DNA of 64,000 nt, from assembly GCA_030429005.1 (NCBI GenBank), contig JAUIDP010000005.1, positions 9,525 through 73,524 on the forward strand, read 5' to 3'. The notes beneath the pieces were generated by a model that did no database searches, had not been told where the DNA came from, and saw nothing but the letters and a program-made list of their open reading frames with translations. Positions 48,455-58,712 of this stretch are shown here, piece by piece. The position numbers and the translations under genes were made by a program. Numbering within the stretch: position 1 is the stretch's first letter; every line of letters starts with the position of its first letter. The DNA comes from Gammaproteobacteria bacterium (GTDB taxonomy: Bacteria > Pseudomonadota > Gammaproteobacteria > Steroidobacterales > Woeseiaceae).

Positions 48455-50376
48455 GCGTCGCCCAATTCCTGCACGGCCCGGTGCGCCTGTCCTATCGCCT
48501 GGTGAATGATCGCGCTCGCACCGGCGTCCGAGTTTGCAATCGTAATACGTCCCCAGGGCTGGCGTGCCTGTACGTGCGGATAGCGCGGGTCATCCCAGTC
48601 CGCGTACAGCGTATCGTCCTTGCCGTTGTAGCTGTAGGCGTAGCCATGCGCCCAGCGGTTTACGGTAATGGCCGCAATATCGTCCGCCGGGTCGAAGCCG
48701 CCATCGCCCAGCATCTCCGCGAGTTGTTGCCGTGTGTTGCGTTCGATCGTTTCAAAGCTCGTGGAATACAGCTCAAGCCGGCCGGCACGATGCTGCTCTT
48801 TTTGCGTCAGCCCCTGGTTCGGCAGGTAGAAGAAGCGTTCCATATGCACCATGATGGCGTCGTCCGGACCCTGGCTGTACTTGTAGCCACCCAGGTTGAC
48901 CGGAAAATCCAGCATCGCGTTGGTGTGGTAACCGCCGGGCGATACGATGCCACCAACGCCGAGCTTCTTGAACGCTCGCCAGTTGCGCAGCGCAACAGAC
49001 GTATACAGCATCGGCGTCTTGACCTGCCAGGCCAGTGCTTCGCGCTGCACTGCCGGCAGTTCCGGGCACAGGGACGGAATCATTGCGTTGTAACAGGCAA
49101 GGACGCAGTGCTTGCCGGTCACGCGATACGATTTGCCGTCGCGGACATAGGCAACTTTGACCTGCCTGGCGGCTTTTGCCGGACCATCGTTTTCCACATG
49201 GACGACCGTGCTGTTCAAACGCAGGCGTACCGCGGTCCGGGCCGTGTCCAGCTTGCTGTAGTCGAAGCGCGCGGTAACGATGTCTTCCATCGTTGACCCG
49301 GGTGCCACGCCGGGAATCATCGACCGAACCAGCAACCGGGCGATCGATGCGTTGCCATCAGGAAAGTGGTGAATATACGGCGCGTTCCCTTCCTGGCCCC
49401 GGACACCAGCCGCGTCGACGCCGGGCAGTGCTACGTACAAGAGAGCACCCGCTGCAGAAGCATGGTCGATGCCAAGGCTCGCATCGGTGGCGAGTCGCTG
49501 CATGGCGGCAAACACTTCCGGTTCGCTGATGCCGAGATGCCGTTGCAGGAAGTCCTGGTAACTGATGCGATCGAGGTAATCGAGCCGCTCGTCCAGTGTC
49601 ATGTCCGGCAGCTGGTTTTCTGTCGTCGTCAACAGGCGCAGCATCTGTTCACGGGCCGCCCGGGACATCGGCATTTGGCTGACAGCCTCGGCGAGCGGCG
49701 TTGTCGGCGGTGCAAGCGGTACGTAGTTGCGCAGTGAGCCGAGATCGCAGTCGACGATACGGTTCACGCCCCAGTTGGCCTTGTCGAAATGCACGACGGC
49801 ACGCAGGCCATTGCGGATAAAAAAGTCGTGATCGAACGCCGTTTCGAACCGGTCGAGGTCCACACCCAGGTCGCGCAACAGGGTTTTGGACGGCTCGTTA
49901 TAGTCAAACGGCTCTTCCAGCGTCTGGCTGCCGCCATAGCCGATCAGCATCCTGCCGTCGACGTCAAACTCGTTGCGCCGGGCATGTCCGCCGAAGTCGT
50001 CGTGGTTGTCCAGGATCAGGATGCGCGCGTCCGGGTGAGCTTTCCTGTAGAAATGCGCGGCCGCCAGGCCACTGATACCCGCACCGACGACGACGAGATC
50101 GTACACACCGGCGTCCGCATCGGTATACGGCCCCCAGTCTGTCTTCCCCTCTCGCGCCAGTGCGTGTGCAACGTCGAACGAACCCGGTTGGTTGCCACGC
50201 ATGCCGGTCAATGCCGGCGGATAGACTCCGGCGTCTTCGGCCGCCTGCATCCTCGCGGCAAACGCGTGTCCCGGCACGAAGGCAGCCGCCGCCGCAGCGC
50301 CGACTCCCTGCAACAGGTCGCGCCGCGTGATATTGCGCTGCATGCCGAGTTGTTTGTCAGTTCGGGACTGTCCCAT
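48451..50376 (-). CDS. Tat-exported FAD oxidoreductase, spermidine dehydrogenase (SpdH)-like
   Basis: TRRDLL; YPPALTGMRG, VGAGISGL, DNHDDFGGHARRNEF, HFPDGNASIAR, NRWAHGY and IANSD motifs. Confidence 0.85.
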   Translation of the reverse strand: MGQSRTDKQLGMQRNITRRDLLQGVGAAAAAAFVPGHAFAARMQAAEDAGVYPPALTGMRGNQPGSFDVAHALAREGKTDWGPYTDADAGVYDLVVVGAGISGLAAAHFYRKAHPDARILILDNHDDFGGHARRNEFDVDGRMLIGYGGSQTLEEPFDYNEPSKTLLRDLGVDLDRFETAFDHDFFIRNGLRAVVHFDKANWGVNRIVDCDLGSLRNYVPLAPPTTPLAEAVSQMPMSRAAREQMLRLLTTTENQLPDMTLDERLDYLDRISYQDFLQRHLGISEPEVFAAMQRLATDASLGIDHASAAGALLYVALPGVDAAGVRGQEGNAPYIHHFPDGNASIARLLVRSMIPGVAPGSTMEDIVTARFDYSKLDTARTAVRLRLNSTVVHVENDGPAKAARQVKVAYVRDGKSYRVTGKHCVLACYNAMIPSLCPELPAVQREALAWQVKTPMLYTSVALRNWRAFKKLGVGGIVSPGGYHTNAMLDFPVNLGGYKYSQGPDDAIMVHMERFFYLPNQGLTQKEQHRAGRLELYSTSFETIERNTRQQLAEMLGDGGFDPADDIAAITVNRWAHGYAYSYNGKDDTLYADWDDPRYPHVQARQPWGRITIANSDAGASAIIHQAIGQAHRAVQELGDA

Positions 50377-52363
50377 GCGCTGTGTCCGGACGCCGCCTGG
50401 CGAGCCACACAGATACTAGCCCAAACAGCAACAGCAGCGCACCCGACGACCCACCACCACTGTCTTCGCTGTTTTGCTGCTCGCCGAGGACAGCCACGGC
50501 AGCGGTGACGGCATTGTCCAAAGGCGTTGCATCCGGCTCCGCCGAAGCCAGCGTCAATGTAACGTCACGGTTGCCGCGGGCGATCGCATCGACGGTCACC
50601 GTCAGCGTCGATGTTGCCATCCCGCCCAACGAGTTTGCCTGGCAACTCACCTGCTGCGGAGTCACGGTGCACGTCCCGATAGACCAGCTTGCAGAAACAG
50701 CCGCTATTCCGTTTTCAAGCACGATTTCGGCCGTAAGGTCCGTCGCATCGACCGACGATACATTGTCGATGTCTGCTGACACCGTCGTCCTGGAGCCGAC
50801 GACGACATCGGCCGGCGCCGGCACCCCGGCAACGAGGTCGACTGGCGCCACGACCGTGTAGCCAAACGCTTCCTGGTTGTTTGCCGAACGCTCGTCATTG
50901 CCGGATGTGCTCACCGCAGCGGCCACGGCGCCACCTCCGATTGCGACAGGCGTGACGGTTAGCGTGACCGTTTCGGAGCTGAGTCCGGCCAGCGTACCCA
51001 GCTCACAGCTGGCGAGCCCGGCGCCACTACTGCAGGTACCGACAGACGCAGCGATATTGTCGATCGCCAGGTTGACCGGCACGACGAAGCTCGCCTGTAC
51101 GCCAGTGGCGTCCAGCGTGCCATTGCTCGACACCTCGAATTGCAGGTCCGATGCAATGGCGAGCAGCAGGTCCGGATTGCTCACCGCGGCTATGCCGACG
51201 TCGACTGTTGGCAGTGCCGTAACGCAGGAGGCACCAGACGCTTCCTGCTGCATGACGGCGATGCTGCATTCGGAGAATTCCTGGCTGGAGCTCACCGATG
51301 CGGACATGATGAAGTCACCGGTAACGTCCGCGCAGGAAGTATCCGGCTCGCCATCATGCTGTGCGCCGAAGTTGTGTCCAATCTCATGTGCCGCGACCAG
51401 GCTGTCAATCAGCGCGCCGCCCTTGCCTTCGGTGAGGCCCGCGCTGAAGTAGTCGTCGCACAGGGCGCCGCGCCACGCGATGCCGACCGTCGACCCGGCC
51501 AGGTCGCGCCCGGTCCAGAGGTGTGTCAGTCCGGCACTGTTGTGGCTTGCCGTCTGCAGACGGTATTCGGAGAGTTCATCCAGCAACAGGTCCGAATCCG
51601 GCGTATCCGAAAACGGATCGTCCGAATCGCTGTGTGTCTCGACCGGCTGCTGCAAAGTGATCTGCACACCAACCTGCTCACTGAAGTAGCCATCGACGTT
51701 GTTCATCCGCGTGGCGATGGCGGCCGCAGCGGCGACATCGCCACCGCGCTGGTCGGTGAACTGGAAGTCGCCAATGGCACTCAACGTGATCTCGCTCAGC
51801 GCGCCCGGGCCTCGAGCCATCGCCGCGCTGGCCGCATGGCTCAACACCTTGTTAACGGTCGAAGCACGCCCGGACAAGTCGTTAGCCGCGCAACTCATCG
51901 TCCCCGGCGCAATATGCGCATCCGCAAGCCGAAAGATTGCCGGCCGGTCAATTGGCAGCGACGAGTCCTGTGGGGCCTCGATCGCGAATAACTCACGCCC
52001 GTCTGAAAATACCCCACTCGGCATACCATCAAACATGACGATACGAGCCCAGGACTGCGGATATTCCGGGAGTACGCCTCGGTAGACCTGGATTCGCTGG
52101 CTTTCGCCGCCTTGAGCGAGTCCCGCGGCGACCCGATCGTTGTGCTCGAGCTGCATCGTGAATTGCCGGCCGAGCGCGGCGAAATCCAGTGTTATTGCCG
52201 CGCCTGCCTGTGGCTTTGCGCTGAAACTTTGCAGCCCTTTGCCAGTCTCAGATACCTGTATGCGCTGCAGCGTTTCGAAGTGCGCCACGACGATGTCGCT
52301 CTTGGCCAGCCCCGGCAGCGAGGCGAACACAGCGGCGAATATCAGGAGTCGGGAGCAGTGCAT
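50357..52363 (-). CDS. M12B/reprolysin-like zinc metalloprotease with DUF11-like domains and GlyGly-CTERM
   Basis: HEIGHNFGAQHD and Met-turn FIMS; two Ig-like repeats; SGGGSSG-hydrophobic-RRR tail. Confidence 0.85.
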   Translation of the reverse strand: MHCSRLLIFAAVFASLPGLAKSDIVVAHFETLQRIQVSETGKGLQSFSAKPQAGAAITLDFAALGRQFTMQLEHNDRVAAGLAQGGESQRIQVYRGVLPEYPQSWARIVMFDGMPSGVFSDGRELFAIEAPQDSSLPIDRPAIFRLADAHIAPGTMSCAANDLSGRASTVNKVLSHAASAAMARGPGALSEITLSAIGDFQFTDQRGGDVAAAAAIATRMNNVDGYFSEQVGVQITLQQPVETHSDSDDPFSDTPDSDLLLDELSEYRLQTASHNSAGLTHLWTGRDLAGSTVGIAWRGALCDDYFSAGLTEGKGGALIDSLVAAHEIGHNFGAQHDGEPDTSCADVTGDFIMSASVSSSQEFSECSIAVMQQEASGASCVTALPTVDVGIAAVSNPDLLLAIASDLQFEVSSNGTLDATGVQASFVVPVNLAIDNIAASVGTCSSGAGLASCELGTLAGLSSETVTLTVTPVAIGGGAVAAAVSTSGNDERSANNQEAFGYTVVAPVDLVAGVPAPADVVVGSRTTVSADIDNVSSVDATDLTAEIVLENGIAAVSASWSIGTCTVTPQQVSCQANSLGGMATSTLTVTVDAIARGNRDVTLTLASAEPDATPLDNAVTAAVAVLGEQQNSEDSGGGSSGALLLLFGLVSVWLARRRPDTAHGTVPN

Positions 52364-52466
52364 TATCGTGTATTACGTCTTCTTCGCGTGGAAATCTAGC
52401 TAAACAAACCAATTCGCGGGCGACAAGCAGATTGATGCCGTCGAGCGCAGGCAAAACAGGACAAAG

Positions 52467-52482
52467 TGTGAGTTATCTCCCA
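52467..52482. promoter_or_regulatory. CRP-like site
   Basis: TGTGA-gttatc-TCCCA, 9/10 match to TGTGA-N6-TCACA, in a divergent intergenic region. Confidence 0.4.
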
Positions 52483-52545
52483 AAACGGGATATTGCTACA
52501 ATCCAGGGCCTTCAAAGGGCTGAATCAGACCTGCAAAGGAACCGC

Positions 52546-53784
52546 ATGCCCACCTGCCACCCGACAACGGCAGTGCGACTGGCCGGCAAGAAGCCGGGCG
52601 CCGCTGCTGGCTGCATCCTGGCATTGTGCTGTGCCCCGCTGTTGGCAGCCGACAAGCCGTCGCATATGTCCGAGTCACTGCGCAAATCGGTACAAGACGT
52701 GGTCGTGGTCGGCGGGGCCAGCCCGGTCGACAGGGAAATCACGGGCACCTACGAAAAGCCGACACCCGGCGTGGCCGGTGGCATCAGCGGCGGTGCTGCC
52801 GCTTCGTCACCATCCGCGCAGATCGGCGCGGTCAACGTCAGCTTCCCCATTCGGATCCTGCAGTTGCCGGGCGCAATAATCGGCGGCATTTCCGGCAAGG
52901 CGCAGCGGGACTTGCAGGAATTCCGCGACGCCATGACCGAGGACCTGGCTGCGGCGAATAACCGGACACTGATCAATGATGGGCTGGCGCTTGACGTCTA
53001 CCGCAGCCTGCAGCAGTTGCCGCAGCTCGATTCGAAACTGTTTTCCGCGAGCACCGAGATTCCGCCGGGGACCGACGCCGTTCTGTATGTCAGCCTGAAA
53101 GAAATCACGATTGATGTGCAGGACAAAGACGCGGTATTGACCGCAGGTGCGACCGTCAAACTGGAGTCGCCAACCAGCGGCACGACGCTCTACGACCACG
53201 AGATTCGCTACCAGGATCGCGCCAGGCTCGACGAATGGACAGCAGACGACAACGCGCTTTGGCGTGACTTTGCGAACTACGCGCGACACTACCTAGGCCG
53301 CACGGTAGCCGCAGATACTTTCCTCAGGATCGACATAAACCATGTACTGCGCCCGGCCAAATCGGGTGACATCAAGTTCAATCGGAAGAACCGGTGGGAA
53401 GGGAAAACCCGCTCCGCTACGCCTACGCTGGCCTGGGAGCTTGAGTTACTCGGCGACGACACGTACGACGGGTGGACCGACGGTATCGCGACCGACAGCA
53501 TCGCTTTCGATCTTGAAATCTATGACCAGCACCGCCTTGTGTACGAAATGCAGGCGATCGCCGGTACGCAGCATACGCTGGTCTATGAGCTGGAACCGTG
53601 CACGACCTATCGCTGGACGGTACGTCCGACGTACACTATCGGTGATGATATTCGTACCGGTAAGTGGATGCAGTACACGGCCAAGTCCGCGAGCGAGGCC
53701 GGCCAGGGTATCGTGGGTCGTGATGCCACCGTTGCACCCGCGTACACCCAGGACTTCGCGGTGCTCGAACTTGCCTGCCGCTAG
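52546..53784 (+). CDS. Hypothetical secreted protein
   Basis: Long ORF with a hydrophobic signal and beta-rich C-terminus; start uncertain. Confidence 0.7.
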   Translation: MPTCHPTTAVRLAGKKPGAAAGCILALCCAPLLAADKPSHMSESLRKSVQDVVVVGGASPVDREITGTYEKPTPGVAGGISGGAAASSPSAQIGAVNVSFPIRILQLPGAIIGGISGKAQRDLQEFRDAMTEDLAAANNRTLINDGLALDVYRSLQQLPQLDSKLFSASTEIPPGTDAVLYVSLKEITIDVQDKDAVLTAGATVKLESPTSGTTLYDHEIRYQDRARLDEWTADDNALWRDFANYARHYLGRTVAADTFLRIDINHVLRPAKSGDIKFNRKNRWEGKTRSATPTLAWELELLGDDTYDGWTDGIATDSIAFDLEIYDQHRLVYEMQAIAGTQHTLVYELEPCTTYRWTVRPTYTIGDDIRTGKWMQYTAKSASEAGQGIVGRDATVAPAYTQDFAVLELACR

Positions 53785-53799
53785 CCGGATCCCTGGTCG

Positions 53800-55038
53800 A
53801 TGATCAGGAACGCCCTGCCGTTGCCGAGCTACAATGCTCTGCGAGAATTTATCCGGCTCGAGTCGGCCGGCGGGATTCTGCTGCTGTTTGCTGCCATCCT
53901 CGCCATGCTGGTAGCCAACTCGCCGCTCGCCTACCTCTACGACGCATTGTTGCAAACGACGGTTGCGGTCGAAGTCGGCAATCTCGAGATCAGGAAACCG
54001 CTGCTGTTGTGGATCAACGACGGTCTGATGGCGGTGTTCTTCTTCCTGATCGGACTGGAAATCAAGCGCGAGGTAATGGAAGGCGAGCTGTCGAATTTTT
54101 CGCAAATCGTGTTTCCCGCCTTCGGCGCAATCGGCGGCATGCTGGTCCCTGCGGCGATTTACGCCTGGCTGAACTGGGGCGATCCGATTGCAATGGACGG
54201 CTGGGCAATCCCGGTCGCCACGGACATCGCCTTTGCGCTCGGGTTGCTCGGCGTCTTCGGCCCTCGCGTTCCAACACAACTTAAAGTGTTTCTGTTGACG
54301 CTTGCGATCTTCGACGATCTCGCCGCAATCATCATCATTGCCATCTTCTATTCCGGCGACCTGTCGGTTACGGCGTTGCTGTTCGGTGCCGCAGCCCTGG
54401 TTTTTGCCGTCGCAATGAATCGTTTCGGCGTGACCCGGACATCGAGTTACATCCTGGTGGGCATCGTTCTCTGGATAGCCGTGCTGAAGTCGGGAGTTCA
54501 TGCAACGCTTGCGGGTGTGCTGATCGCGCTCTGCATCCCGATGCGGGACGAAAATAACCAGTCTCCGGTTCGCAGCCTCGAACATGACCTGCACGGTCCG
54601 GTGGCATTCGCGATCCTGCCTGTTTTCGCTTTCGCCAACGCCGGCCTCGTGCTCAGTGGCATGTCGCTGACTGACATCACGCACCCGGTCACCGCCGGCG
54701 TGGCACTCGGGCTGCTGCTCGGCAAGCCGATCGGGATCCTGTGCTTCGTCGGACTTGCGGTATTGCTCGGGCTCGCCCGGCTACCTGCCGATATTAACTG
54801 GCGGCAGGTTACCGGTGTGTCGTTTGCCTGTGGCATAGGCTTCACGATGAGCCTTTTTATCGCCGGGCTGGCCTTCGAGCACGGCAGCGGCGACTACTTT
54901 GCCGGTGATCGCCTCGGCGTGTTGCTCGGCTCGATCTCGTCCGCAATAGTCGCCTATATCATCCTGCAGTTGAGCCTGCCTGCAGCCAGCCCCGAGCCAT
55001 CGCAAGGCGCGCAAGCCAAAGCAGGGCCACACCGATAG
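53800..55038 (+). CDS. nhaA: Na+/H+ antiporter NhaA
   Basis: WINDGLMA, GWAIPVATDIAF, LAIFDD, KSGVHAT and GIGFTMSLFI motifs. Confidence 0.95.
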   Translation: MIRNALPLPSYNALREFIRLESAGGILLLFAAILAMLVANSPLAYLYDALLQTTVAVEVGNLEIRKPLLLWINDGLMAVFFFLIGLEIKREVMEGELSNFSQIVFPAFGAIGGMLVPAAIYAWLNWGDPIAMDGWAIPVATDIAFALGLLGVFGPRVPTQLKVFLLTLAIFDDLAAIIIIAIFYSGDLSVTALLFGAAALVFAVAMNRFGVTRTSSYILVGIVLWIAVLKSGVHATLAGVLIALCIPMRDENNQSPVRSLEHDLHGPVAFAILPVFAFANAGLVLSGMSLTDITHPVTAGVALGLLLGKPIGILCFVGLAVLLGLARLPADINWRQVTGVSFACGIGFTMSLFIAGLAFEHGSGDYFAGDRLGVLLGSISSAIVAYIILQLSLPAASPEPSQGAQAKAGPHR

Positions 55039-55411
55039 CCAGCGTTAAGCCGGGCAAAATGAACCCGGCCGCCCCGAAGACCTCGATACCGTTGCCGATG
55101 AACAGCGAATGGCCGATTTGTACGACGATGCCAAGCAGGCTGACCAAAAACACCGTGACCGCCCAGCTCTTGCGGAGCAGCAGGCCGATACACCCGAGCA
55201 CACCGGCAAATACGGCAACTGCGAACGCAGCTGTCGCCCAGGCCGGCGTCGCCTCATAGAAGCTGCGCTCGGCCGGTGGAAGCGTTGCCGGATCCATTGT
55301 CTGCTGGCCGATAAACGCGACGACACCGAGTACATTCCACAGCAATGCAACCCCGGCCACGACACGAAACCAGGTCGGCGGTGTGGCCGTCCCTATCCCC
55401 TGTGTACTCAT
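54959..55411 (-). CDS. Hypothetical 4-TM membrane protein
   Basis: ATGA overlap with the upstream gene; PTWF...LLWNVLG...PAWATAAFA...LLLRKSWA. Confidence 0.75.
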   Translation of the reverse strand: MSTQGIGTATPPTWFRVVAGVALLWNVLGVVAFIGQQTMDPATLPPAERSFYEATPAWATAAFAVAVFAGVLGCIGLLLRKSWAVTVFLVSLLGIVVQIGHSLFIGNGIEVFGAAGFILPGLTLAIGVALLWLARLAMARGWLQAGSTAG

Positions 55412-55968
55412 TTGCCCGCCCCCCTGTAGGCTTCTTCGAGCCAGCCGACGAGTTGTTCGTCCACTTGTCCGAGATCCGTAACCCGCACCCGGTGTGTAAC
55501 CATCGCATTGAAACTGCCGGACTTTTCCAGTCGCCGGGTTGCTTTGACACCCGGCAAATTCAGCCCGACGTCGATCCTTGTCTTCGTTGAAGGCTGGATC
55601 AGGCCAAATTGCCTGGCGCGCCGCAGGCTGACGTAGGTCTTTTTCGGCGCGATCTCGACGTTCTTGCCAAACTTGCTGACCGCCTTGATCAACGCGTCGT
55701 AGATCGGTTGCAGATCTGCCTTGGCACCTGCGTACTGCTCCGCGACGAGGTCCGCGCCTGACGACGGCGCCGGCTGCAGGTACCTGCTGACGATCAGGTT
55801 GGCGAAGCCGTGGGTAACACCGTGCTCTTTCTTCAGCAGGTTTACGAGCTGACCGTGCTTTTCCAGCGCAGACTTGCTGAGTAACTTGTGCCAGTCCTGC
55901 AACGATTTGCCGGTCTTCTCCGGCAGGTTGGCCAGCATGCTGGCCGCCATTTCCTCCGGGCTTGCCAT
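55408..55968 (-). CDS. DUF4287/DUF5655-type protein
   Basis: NLPEKTGKSLQDW, HGVTHGFAN, PKKTYVSL and WLEEAY motifs. Confidence 0.8.
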   Translation of the reverse strand: MASPEEMAASMLANLPEKTGKSLQDWHKLLSKSALEKHGQLVNLLKKEHGVTHGFANLIVSRYLQPAPSSGADLVAEQYAGAKADLQPIYDALIKAVSKFGKNVEIAPKKTYVSLRRARQFGLIQPSTKTRIDVGLNLPGVKATRRLEKSGSFNAMVTHRVRVTDLGQVDEQLVGWLEEAYRGAGK

Positions 55969-56035
55969 GTTCCACTCCACGAATTTGCCTGGCGGCTACA
56001 GTAGGTCCTTTGCTGCAGTCGATATAGAAAAAATT

Positions 56036-56866
56036 TTACCGCTCGCGGTCGAGCGGGAAAAAGTTGGCGGCGTCGTCGGGGAAATCGTTCTTCAGGAATG
56101 ACTCCGGGTTGAACCCCGAGAAGTGCCTGAACTCCCGGATGAAGTGCGACTGGTCGGAGTAACCGCAGCGATGGGCAATATCCGACCAACTCAGGAACTG
56201 GTCGTTCTGCATTTGCTGGAACACATCGTTAAACCTGAGTACGCGCTGGTACTGCTTCGGTGTCAGCCCGACAAACTTCTTGAATTGCGCGATCAGGTGT
56301 TTCTGTGAGCCATTGAAACTATCCATGATGTCATTGAGTTTCGCCGCAGGCTGCTGCTGCAACTGCTCGACGACAGCCACGATCGCGGCAGGCGGTACGA
56401 GGTCGGCGCGAAACTGTTGTGCCAGCCACTCCTCCGCCACGGCAAATTTTTGCTCGGACCCGGCGCTGGTCGAGAGTGCCTGCCGCATAGCCTGCAAACC
56501 GGCAGCCGGAAACTCCGTCGCCGGTACCACGCGTTCGGCTAGCTCTGACATCGGCCGGTGCAGGAAAGGATACGCGCCGTAAGCCTTGAACTGGATGACG
56601 AACATCTCCGAGTCCGGGTGTGCCGAGATAGAAATATAGTTGCGATGGACGCCGGACACCCAGGCCTGCCGGAAACTTGCGTTCGGCTGCAACGAGTCGT
56701 TGTCGAAGGTGTTGCGCTCCATGCCGTCAAGTTCAAAGATGACAAACACATGCCCGGTGGGTACGACACGTTCGATCGAGTGGTCCGGCTGGAACCCCTC
56801 GAAGTGAAAGATGCTCTCAATCAGGCTGGCGGCGGGGTGCGCCGGTGTATAGGTTTCGAATCTCAC
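56036..56866 (-). CDS. AraC family regulator
   Basis: FKKFVGLTPK and GYSDQSHFIREFRHFSG motifs. Confidence 0.9.
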   Translation of the reverse strand: MRFETYTPAHPAASLIESIFHFEGFQPDHSIERVVPTGHVFVIFELDGMERNTFDNDSLQPNASFRQAWVSGVHRNYISISAHPDSEMFVIQFKAYGAYPFLHRPMSELAERVVPATEFPAAGLQAMRQALSTSAGSEQKFAVAEEWLAQQFRADLVPPAAIVAVVEQLQQQPAAKLNDIMDSFNGSQKHLIAQFKKFVGLTPKQYQRVLRFNDVFQQMQNDQFLSWSDIAHRCGYSDQSHFIREFRHFSGFNPESFLKNDFPDDAANFFPLDRER

Positions 56867-58587
56867 AGTTTTGGTCCTGGCCGCCGCCAGACTGTCTCGC
56901 CTGCCTTGATGGTTTCCAGCACAATGATCGTGTTGATCCTGGATGGTTCGATGGTCAGCGGATTGTCCGACAGTATGACCAGGTCGGCCAGTTTGCCAAC
57001 TTCGATCGAGCCTTTCTCAGCTTCCTCGAAGTGTTGCCTGGCGCCAGCCAGCGTTATCGCCGCAAAGGCCTCTGCCGGGCTAAGTTTCTGTTCGGCGCCA
57101 ATCGTTGTACCACTGCGGGAAACCCTGTTGACCGTTGCCCACATCACCTGCATCAGGTTCGGCAGCGCGACCGGTGCGTCAGTGTGGCTCGTCAGCGGCA
57201 GGCCGCGCTCAAGCGCCGACCGCGTCGGAGAAATGGTGTTGCCCAGCTCATTCCCAATGAGCTGCTTGTGCCAGTCGCCCCAGTAATAGGTATGCATCGG
57301 AAACAACGACGCCGTCATCTGCAGTTCGACCATGCGGTCGAGCTGGTCTTCGCGGACATACTGGCCGTGAATCAGCGTACTGCGGCGGTCACCGCCGCCA
57401 TGGGAATCCGTGGCCGCATCGATTGCTGCAAGCATCTGGTCGATTGCTGCGTCGCCATTGGCGTGTACCAGGACCTGCCAGTCATTGGCGTACGCCGCAT
57501 CGATTGCCGCAAATGCTTCTTCGTCACTGAGTGCCGGATAGCCGGCATAGTCGGCGCCCTGCCCGTCCGGCGGAATCAGATAGGGCTCGGTTCGCCACGC
57601 CGTACGCCCTTGCGGCGAGCCGTCGAGCGTGACTTTCATACCGCCTACTCTGTAACCGTTGCGATAGGTTCGACTGTTCCACTCCGACTGCAATGGTGTC
57701 ACGTCGGAATAGTCGATATAGGACACGATGTCGATCGGGAAGCCCACCGTCTCAGCGTAGGCTGCCAGGCCGGCATGCGTTGTGGCGAAGGCACGGCCTT
57801 CCTGTGCTGTCGTATAGCCATAGGACATGGCCATCTCCAGACCTTGCTGCAAATTGTAGACGAGGTCTTCGGGTGTCTTCGGCGACAGGGCATCGAGCAT
57901 GACCGGGATTGCTGCCAGTTCTTCAAGTACGCCGTTTGGCTCGTTCGTGCCCGTGCGGCGACGAATGAGACCGCCCGACGGGTCCTGCGTATCTGCATCG
58001 TAACCAATCACCTCCAGGCCCTTGCTGTTCACGGCAATAAAGTGACCTGAGATATGCACCGCCATGACCGGCAATTCTGTCGATACCTTGTCCAGGTCGT
58101 CGCGCGTCGGATGGCGGCCTTCGGCGAGGACGGAATCGTCGTAACCCATGCCGTAGATCCAGCCGGTACGCATGACGTCCGGCCCGACCGCGAAGTCCTG
58201 TAACGCCTTCACGAGGTCGTCAATATCGTTGACGACTCCATCCGGCTCCGCCAGCAGGTTGGCACCGATTGCCTGTAACCCGAAATTCGCGACATGCGCA
58301 TGCCCGTCGATGAATCCCGGGGCCAGTGTGCGGCCGTCGAGCTCGACGACCGTCGTTCTGTCGCCACGATGTTTTTCTACATCGGCGGCCATGCCGACGG
58401 CGAGAATGCGTCCGTCCCTGAGCGCGACAGCGTCGGCGCTCGCTTGCTCGACATCGGCCGTCACAATCGGACCGCCCCTGTATATGGTGTCTGCCGCCGT
58501 CGGTGCCGGCCCTTTGTCGCATGCGATCACGACAACAAGGCATGTAATGACCAGGGCGAATCTGGAAGATCGGGAGCACATATTCAT
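56863..58587 (-). CDS. Amidohydrolase 3 family (YtcJ-like) lipoprotein
   Basis: PGFIDGHAH, DGSPQGRTA, HANGDAA and GSIEVGKLADLVIL motifs. Confidence 0.9.
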   Translation of the reverse strand: MNMCSRSSRFALVITCLVVVIACDKGPAPTAADTIYRGGPIVTADVEQASADAVALRDGRILAVGMAADVEKHRGDRTTVVELDGRTLAPGFIDGHAHVANFGLQAIGANLLAEPDGVVNDIDDLVKALQDFAVGPDVMRTGWIYGMGYDDSVLAEGRHPTRDDLDKVSTELPVMAVHISGHFIAVNSKGLEVIGYDADTQDPSGGLIRRRTGTNEPNGVLEELAAIPVMLDALSPKTPEDLVYNLQQGLEMAMSYGYTTAQEGRAFATTHAGLAAYAETVGFPIDIVSYIDYSDVTPLQSEWNSRTYRNGYRVGGMKVTLDGSPQGRTAWRTEPYLIPPDGQGADYAGYPALSDEEAFAAIDAAYANDWQVLVHANGDAAIDQMLAAIDAATDSHGGGDRRSTLIHGQYVREDQLDRMVELQMTASLFPMHTYYWGDWHKQLIGNELGNTISPTRSALERGLPLTSHTDAPVALPNLMQVMWATVNRVSRSGTTIGAEQKLSPAEAFAAITLAGARQHFEEAEKGSIEVGKLADLVILSDNPLTIEPSRINTIIVLETIKAGETVWRRPGPKL

Positions 58588-58712
58588 ATTGCGTGATCGT
58601 TACAACCAAATGCAGACTGCGAATTGTAACATTGAGGCGCCGGGAACCGCCTTCTGCTACGCTTGGACAATGCAGTGACCCTTTCCAATCCAACCATAAG
58701 AAGAGAAAAATC

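Noticed and set aside
54959..55975. 338-aa ORF suggesting a fusion or frameshift
   Set aside because: The upstream part is an alternative frame over the DUF4287/DUF5655-type gene; the real gene starts at 55411 by ATGA coupling.
58599..58630. GTTACAA-N18-TTGTAAC dyad between the amidohydrolase and sulfatase genes
   Set aside because: Single copy with no assignable regulator; too weak to call.
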